DNA of 64,000 bases, taken from NCBI GenBank assembly GCA_963848595.1, contig CAWKEH010000007.1:53231-117230 (forward strand). The letters run 5' to 3'. The notes under the pieces were generated by a model that was not told the origin of the DNA, made no database searches, and saw nothing but the letters and a program-made list of their open reading frames with translations. Position numbers and translations under genes: made by a program. This DNA comes from an uncultured Alphaproteobacteria bacterium. Its GTDB lineage: Bacteria > Pseudomonadota > Alphaproteobacteria > Acetobacterales > Acetobacteraceae. Positions 60,176-64,000 of this stretch are shown piece by piece (within the stretch, counting starts at the first letter, position 1; the number at the start of each line of letters is the position of its first letter).

Positions 60176-62394
60176 GATGCCACTGGCGCAGCAGCAGCGC
60201 GTTCGCGACCACGCTGACGCTGCTCAGCGCCATCGCGGCGCCCGCGACGACTGGGCTGAGCAGCCCGAACGCCGCGAGCGGGATGCCGACGACGTTGTAG
60301 GCGAAGGCCCAGAACAAACCTCGGCGGATCGTGCGGTAGGTGCGGCGCGAGATGTCGAGCACCCCCGCGACGAGCGCCGGGTCGCCCCGCATCAGGGTGA
60401 TGCCCGCCGCGTTCATCGCCACGTCGGTGCCCGTCGCCATGGCGATGCCGACGTCGGCCGCGGCGAGTGCGGGCGCGTCGTTGATGCCGTCGCCCACCAT
60501 CGCGACGACCTGACCTCCCGCACGCAGCTTTGCGACCGCCTCGGCCTTGCCCTCGGGCAGCACCTCGGCGACGACCTCCGCGATGCCGAGCGGCGCCGCC
60601 ACGGCCCGCGCAGCGCCCCATCCGTCGCCGGTCAGCATCGCCGCCGCGACGCCCTGTTCCCGCAGCGCCGACACCGCCGCCCGCGCGGACGGCTTCACTG
60701 CGTCGCCGAACCCGATGAAGCCGAGGACGCGCCGGTCCGGCGCGAGCTCGGCCAGCCAGGACACCGTTCGCCCGGACGCCTCCAGCCTCGTCGCCTGGGC
60801 GTCCAGGGAACTCGTCGCGATCCCGTTCTCCTGCAGCAAGCGCCGGCTGCCGAGGATCAGCAGGCGTCCCCCGACGTCGCCGGAGACGCCGCGCCCGGCC
60901 AACGCGCGGAACTCCGTGGCGCGCCCCTGCTGACCTAGGCCAGTGCCCGCGCGGCGCCGCACCGCGGCGGCAAGCGGGTGCTCGCTGAACGCCTGGAGCG
61001 CTGCGGCCAGGCGCAGCACGTCGGTCGGCTCGACGCCTGGAACGGCGGCGAGATCCGTCACCTCCGGGCGGCCTTCGGTCAGGGTGCCCGTCTTGTCGAA
61101 GGCGACGAGTGTCACGGCGCGCGCCCGCTCCAGCGTCTCCGCGTCCTTGATGAGGATGCCGTGCCGGGCGGCAGCGCCGGTGCCGACCATGATCGCAGTC
61201 GGCGTGGCCAGGCCGAGCGCGCAGGGACACGCGATGACCATGACCGCCACGGCGTTTAGGATGGCTGCCGTCGGGTCCCCGGTCGCCGCCCACCAGCCCA
61301 CGAACGTGATGAGCGCGATCCCTAACACGATCGGCACGAAGACGGCGCTCACCCTGTCCACCAGGCGCTGGATGGGCGCCTTCGACGCCTGCGCGCCCTC
61401 GACCAGGCGCACGATCTTCGCCAGCGCCGTTTCGGCCCCGACCGCCGTCGTCGTCACGACCAGGACGCCGTCCGTGACTGACCGAGCCGCCCGTCACCCG
61501 GCTGCCCGGCGCCTTCCCAACCGGGAGGCTCTCGCCCGTTAGCATCGACTCGTCCACGCTGCTGCCGCCCTCGACGACGCGCCCGTCCACGGGAATGCGC
61601 TCGCCGGGCCGCACAACGACGATGTCGCCGACCCTAACCTGGGCGAGCGGCACCTCGACCTCGGCGCCGCCCCGGTGGATAAGCGCCTTGTCCGGCCGCA
61701 ATCCCATGAGCGCGCGGATGGCGGACGCGGTCTGGCCCTTCGCGCGCGATTCCAGCCACTTGCCGAGCAGGATGAAGGTGATGATGAGCGCCGAGCTCTC
61801 GAAATAGAGCGCAGGCGCGTGCCCGGCAGCGGCGCTGAGCAGGTCATAGGTGCTCAGGCCCCAGGCTGCAGACGTGCCCAGGGCGACCAGCAGGTCCATG
61901 TTGCCGGTGAGCGCCCGCACGGCCTTCCACCCGGCGACGTAGAACCGCCATCCCAGCCAGAACTGGACCGGCGTCGCCAAGGCGAACTGCACCCAGCCCG
62001 GCAGCATCCAACGCAGGCCGAGGAAGTGGCCGATCATCCCGGCCAGCAGTGGCGCCGACAGCGCTGCGGCCAGGGCGACATGCGCCAGCGCGCGACGGCT
62101 CTGGGCGCGAGCGGCGTCAGTCTCGCCCACCGGCGCTCCCGTCTCAGCCACTGGACTCGCCGCATACCCAGCCTCGGCGACAGCGGCGATCAGGTCGTCG
62201 ATCTGCATCGCGCTCGGCAACGCGGCAACGCGCGCCCGCTCAGTCGCGAGGTTAACCTCGGCCGACAGCACGCCCGGCACCCGCCGCAGCGCGCGCTCGA
62301 CCCGGCCAGCGCAGGAGGCGCAGGTCATGCCCTCGATCCCAAGGTCCAATTCGACCCGGTCCGCCGCTGGCTTCTCGATAACGCCAATGTCCAT
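60135..62394 (-). pseudogene. heavy-metal (probably Cu) translocating P-type ATPase, frameshifted near 61479
   Basis: HMA domain [15 protein letters not shown] and TM/actuator parts lie in ORF 60097..62457. The CPC motif, DKTGTLT and GDGINDAP lie in ORF 60135..61457. The junction is at VTGGSV / [12 protein letters not shown]. Confidence 0.8.
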
Positions 62395-62424
62395 CGCACG
62401 CCTCCCGGCGCCCTCAGCTGCCAC

Positions 62425-62458
62425 GGCAGGTGGGGTTTCCCATGATGGGAAGGTCAAG
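62425..62458 (-). promoter_or_regulatory. MerR/CueR-type promoter-operator
   Basis: The minus strand reads CTTGACC-TTCCCATcATGGGAA-ACCCCACCT. That is a -35-like TTGACC followed by a perfect 7-1-7 palindrome inside a long spacer, about 40 nt upstream of the ATPase ATG. Confidence 0.6.
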
Positions 62459-62495
62459 CGCGCTGCGATGTCACAGTGCCGTGATGTGCTGGCAG

Positions 62496-63560
62496 TCAGC
62501 CTGCGACGGTGAAGCGGTAGGCGATCGTCTGCCGGTAGGTCGCGCCGGGGCGCAGCACGATGGACGGGAAAGCGGGGTGATTTGGCGCGTCAGGGAAGCC
62601 TTGCGCCTCGAACGCGAAGCCGGCCGACTGACGGAACGCGATTCCGCCCCTGCCGACCACTGTCCCGTTCAGCTGGTTTCCGGAATAGAGCTGGAGGCCG
62701 GGCTGGGTCGTGAGGATCTCAACCTGGCGCCCGCTGAACGGGTCGCGCGCGCTCGCGACGAGCCGCGGCTGGTCGGTTCCGCCGCCGTCGAGGGCGTAGC
62801 AGACGTCGTAGCCTTGGCCGATCAGCAATTGCGGGTCGGCCTCGCGGATGCGCGCGCCGAGGGCGAGCGGGCGGCGGAAGTCGAACGGCGTCCCCGCCAC
62901 CGGCTGTATCTCTCCCGTGGGGATCTGCTTCTCGTCCGTCGGCAGGAAAGCGGCGGCGTGGATCATCACTTCGTGGGAGAGGATGTCGTGGCGCTCGACG
63001 CCTGCGAGGTTGAAGTAAGGATGGGCGCTGAGATTGGCGATCGTGGGCTTATCGGTGGTCGCTTCGAGCGCGAGGCGCAGCGTGTCGCCGTCCAACGCGT
63101 AGGTCGCGCGCACGGTGAGCGTGCCGGGAAAGCCCTGCTCGCCGTCCGGGCTGACGTGGGACAGGGCCAGGCGCGGCGCCTCCCCGCCTTGCGCCTCCTC
63201 GACCCGCCAGAGGACCTCGCCGAACCCGACCGGGCCGCCATGCAGCGTGTTGCCCCGGTCGTTCGTGGCGAGCTGATAGGTGCGGCCGTCGAGCTCGAAC
63301 CGGCCGCCGCCGATCCGGTTGGCGCAGCGCCCGAGGACCGCGCCGAACGAGCCGCCGGAGGTCGCGTAGGCGGCCGCGTCCTCCAGCCCGAGCAACACGT
63401 CACTCCGCCCGTCGCCCCGGTCGGGCGCCTCGATGGCCACCATCCGCGCGCCGTAGTCGGTGATACGGACGCGCAAGCGGCCGTTGTCGAGCGTATGGAC
63501 GTTGGCTTTGCGACCGTCCGGGAGCGACCCGAACGGCTCGGCGTCGAGAGAGAGCGACAT
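62496..63560 (-). CDS. galM: aldose 1-epimerase (galactose mutarotase)
   Basis: [24 protein letters not shown] and [14 protein letters not shown]. The start is at MSLSL, preceded by AAGGAAG. A Met 6 codons upstream is also possible. Confidence 0.85.
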   Translation of the reverse strand: MSLSLDAEPFGSLPDGRKANVHTLDNGRLRVRITDYGARMVAIEAPDRGDGRSDVLLGLEDAAAYATSGGSFGAVLGRCANRIGGGRFELDGRTYQLATNDRGNTLHGGPVGFGEVLWRVEEAQGGEAPRLALSHVSPDGEQGFPGTLTVRATYALDGDTLRLALEATTDKPTIANLSAHPYFNLAGVERHDILSHEVMIHAAAFLPTDEKQIPTGEIQPVAGTPFDFRRPLALGARIREADPQLLIGQGYDVCYALDGGGTDQPRLVASARDPFSGRQVEILTTQPGLQLYSGNQLNGTVVGRGGIAFRQSAGFAFEAQGFPDAPNHPAFPSIVLRPGATYRQTIAYRFTVAG

Positions 63561-63676
63561 AGGCGCTTCCTTCTGCATGACGCCGTGCCTAGAGCACATT
63601 CCGACATAGCGCACGCTCCGCTGAATACCAGCCTGATACAGAGCCACGCCGTGGACGTACAAGTGCCAAGGTAGCG

Positions 63677-63982
63677 CTAATCCCCTTCTGGCGACGTCTG
63701 GGCAAGCCGATACTCCTGGAAACACGCTGCCGTCCCGCCCGTCTCAAACGTTTGAGCGAGGCACTCGGCAGCCTCCGGGTAGTAGGCCGCCATGCTGGCC
63801 TTGCAGGCGGCGATGCTCGCCTGGTCGGTCCCGGCCGCGCAGTTCTGCACGGAGTGGGGGAAGTCGGCGCCGAGCAGGTTGCGCAGGATCATGAGGTGAC
63901 GCGCGTAGGGCTGCGTGTCAGAGAAGGGCAGCCAGGTGGCGCTGTTCGCGGCAAGCGCCGCGTCGGAGGGCCTATCCCGCAC
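63677..63982 (-). CDS. hypothetical Cys-containing protein (may extend beyond the window edge)
   Basis: 101-aa ORF near the window end. No recognisable family. Confidence 0.3.
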   Translation of the reverse strand: MRDRPSDAALAANSATWLPFSDTQPYARHLMILRNLLGADFPHSVQNCAAGTDQASIAACKASMAAYYPEAAECLAQTFETGGTAACFQEYRLAQTSPEGD

Positions 63983-64000
63983 GTGCGAGACAACGTAGGT

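Overview
This is a very GC-rich chromosomal window, most consistent by gene content and order with an alphaproteobacterium; I cannot assign a genus without a database search. Most of it is core or housekeeping DNA:
- tRNA-Ser, then the mfd / sdhE / recG cluster
- tRNA-Lys, a cyclophilin, coaD and gyrA
- ssb / uvrA with an alpha-type SOS box
- sodB
- a KaiC-like ATPase with a hybrid histidine kinase
- PCuAC / SCO copper chaperones
- an envelope-glycan cluster rich in polytopic membrane proteins
- a stand-alone EF-G paralogue
- a DUF1800/DUF1501 pair
- redox, GST and amidohydrolase genes
- a metal-resistance corner (RcnR-type repressor, DmeF-like CDF transporter, P-type ATPase with a MerR-type promoter)

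The clearly accessory part is about 20.7-25.3 kb, wedged between gyrA and ssb. It is visibly less GC-rich and holds:
- a DndB/DGQHR-like ParB-fold protein with a degenerate catalytic motif, translationally coupled to a small HTH protein and flanked by matched hairpins
- a 66-bp imperfect direct repeat of the ssb 3' end, which looks like an integration scar
- an orphan HicB
- a HigB/HigA-type toxin-antitoxin pair
- a type I hsdM C-terminal remnant
- an acidic hypothetical protein

No integrase, transposase, CRISPR array or rRNA gene was seen anywhere in the window.

A second theme is gene disruption. At least seven genes, including mfd, appear frameshifted, three of them (mfd, the MBL-fold hydrolase and the amidase) at short G or C runs. 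Several more are truncated. This points to either indel errors in the assembly or real pseudogenisation.

All family calls come from motifs read by eye. No HMM or BLAST search was possible, and all coordinates were counted by hand.
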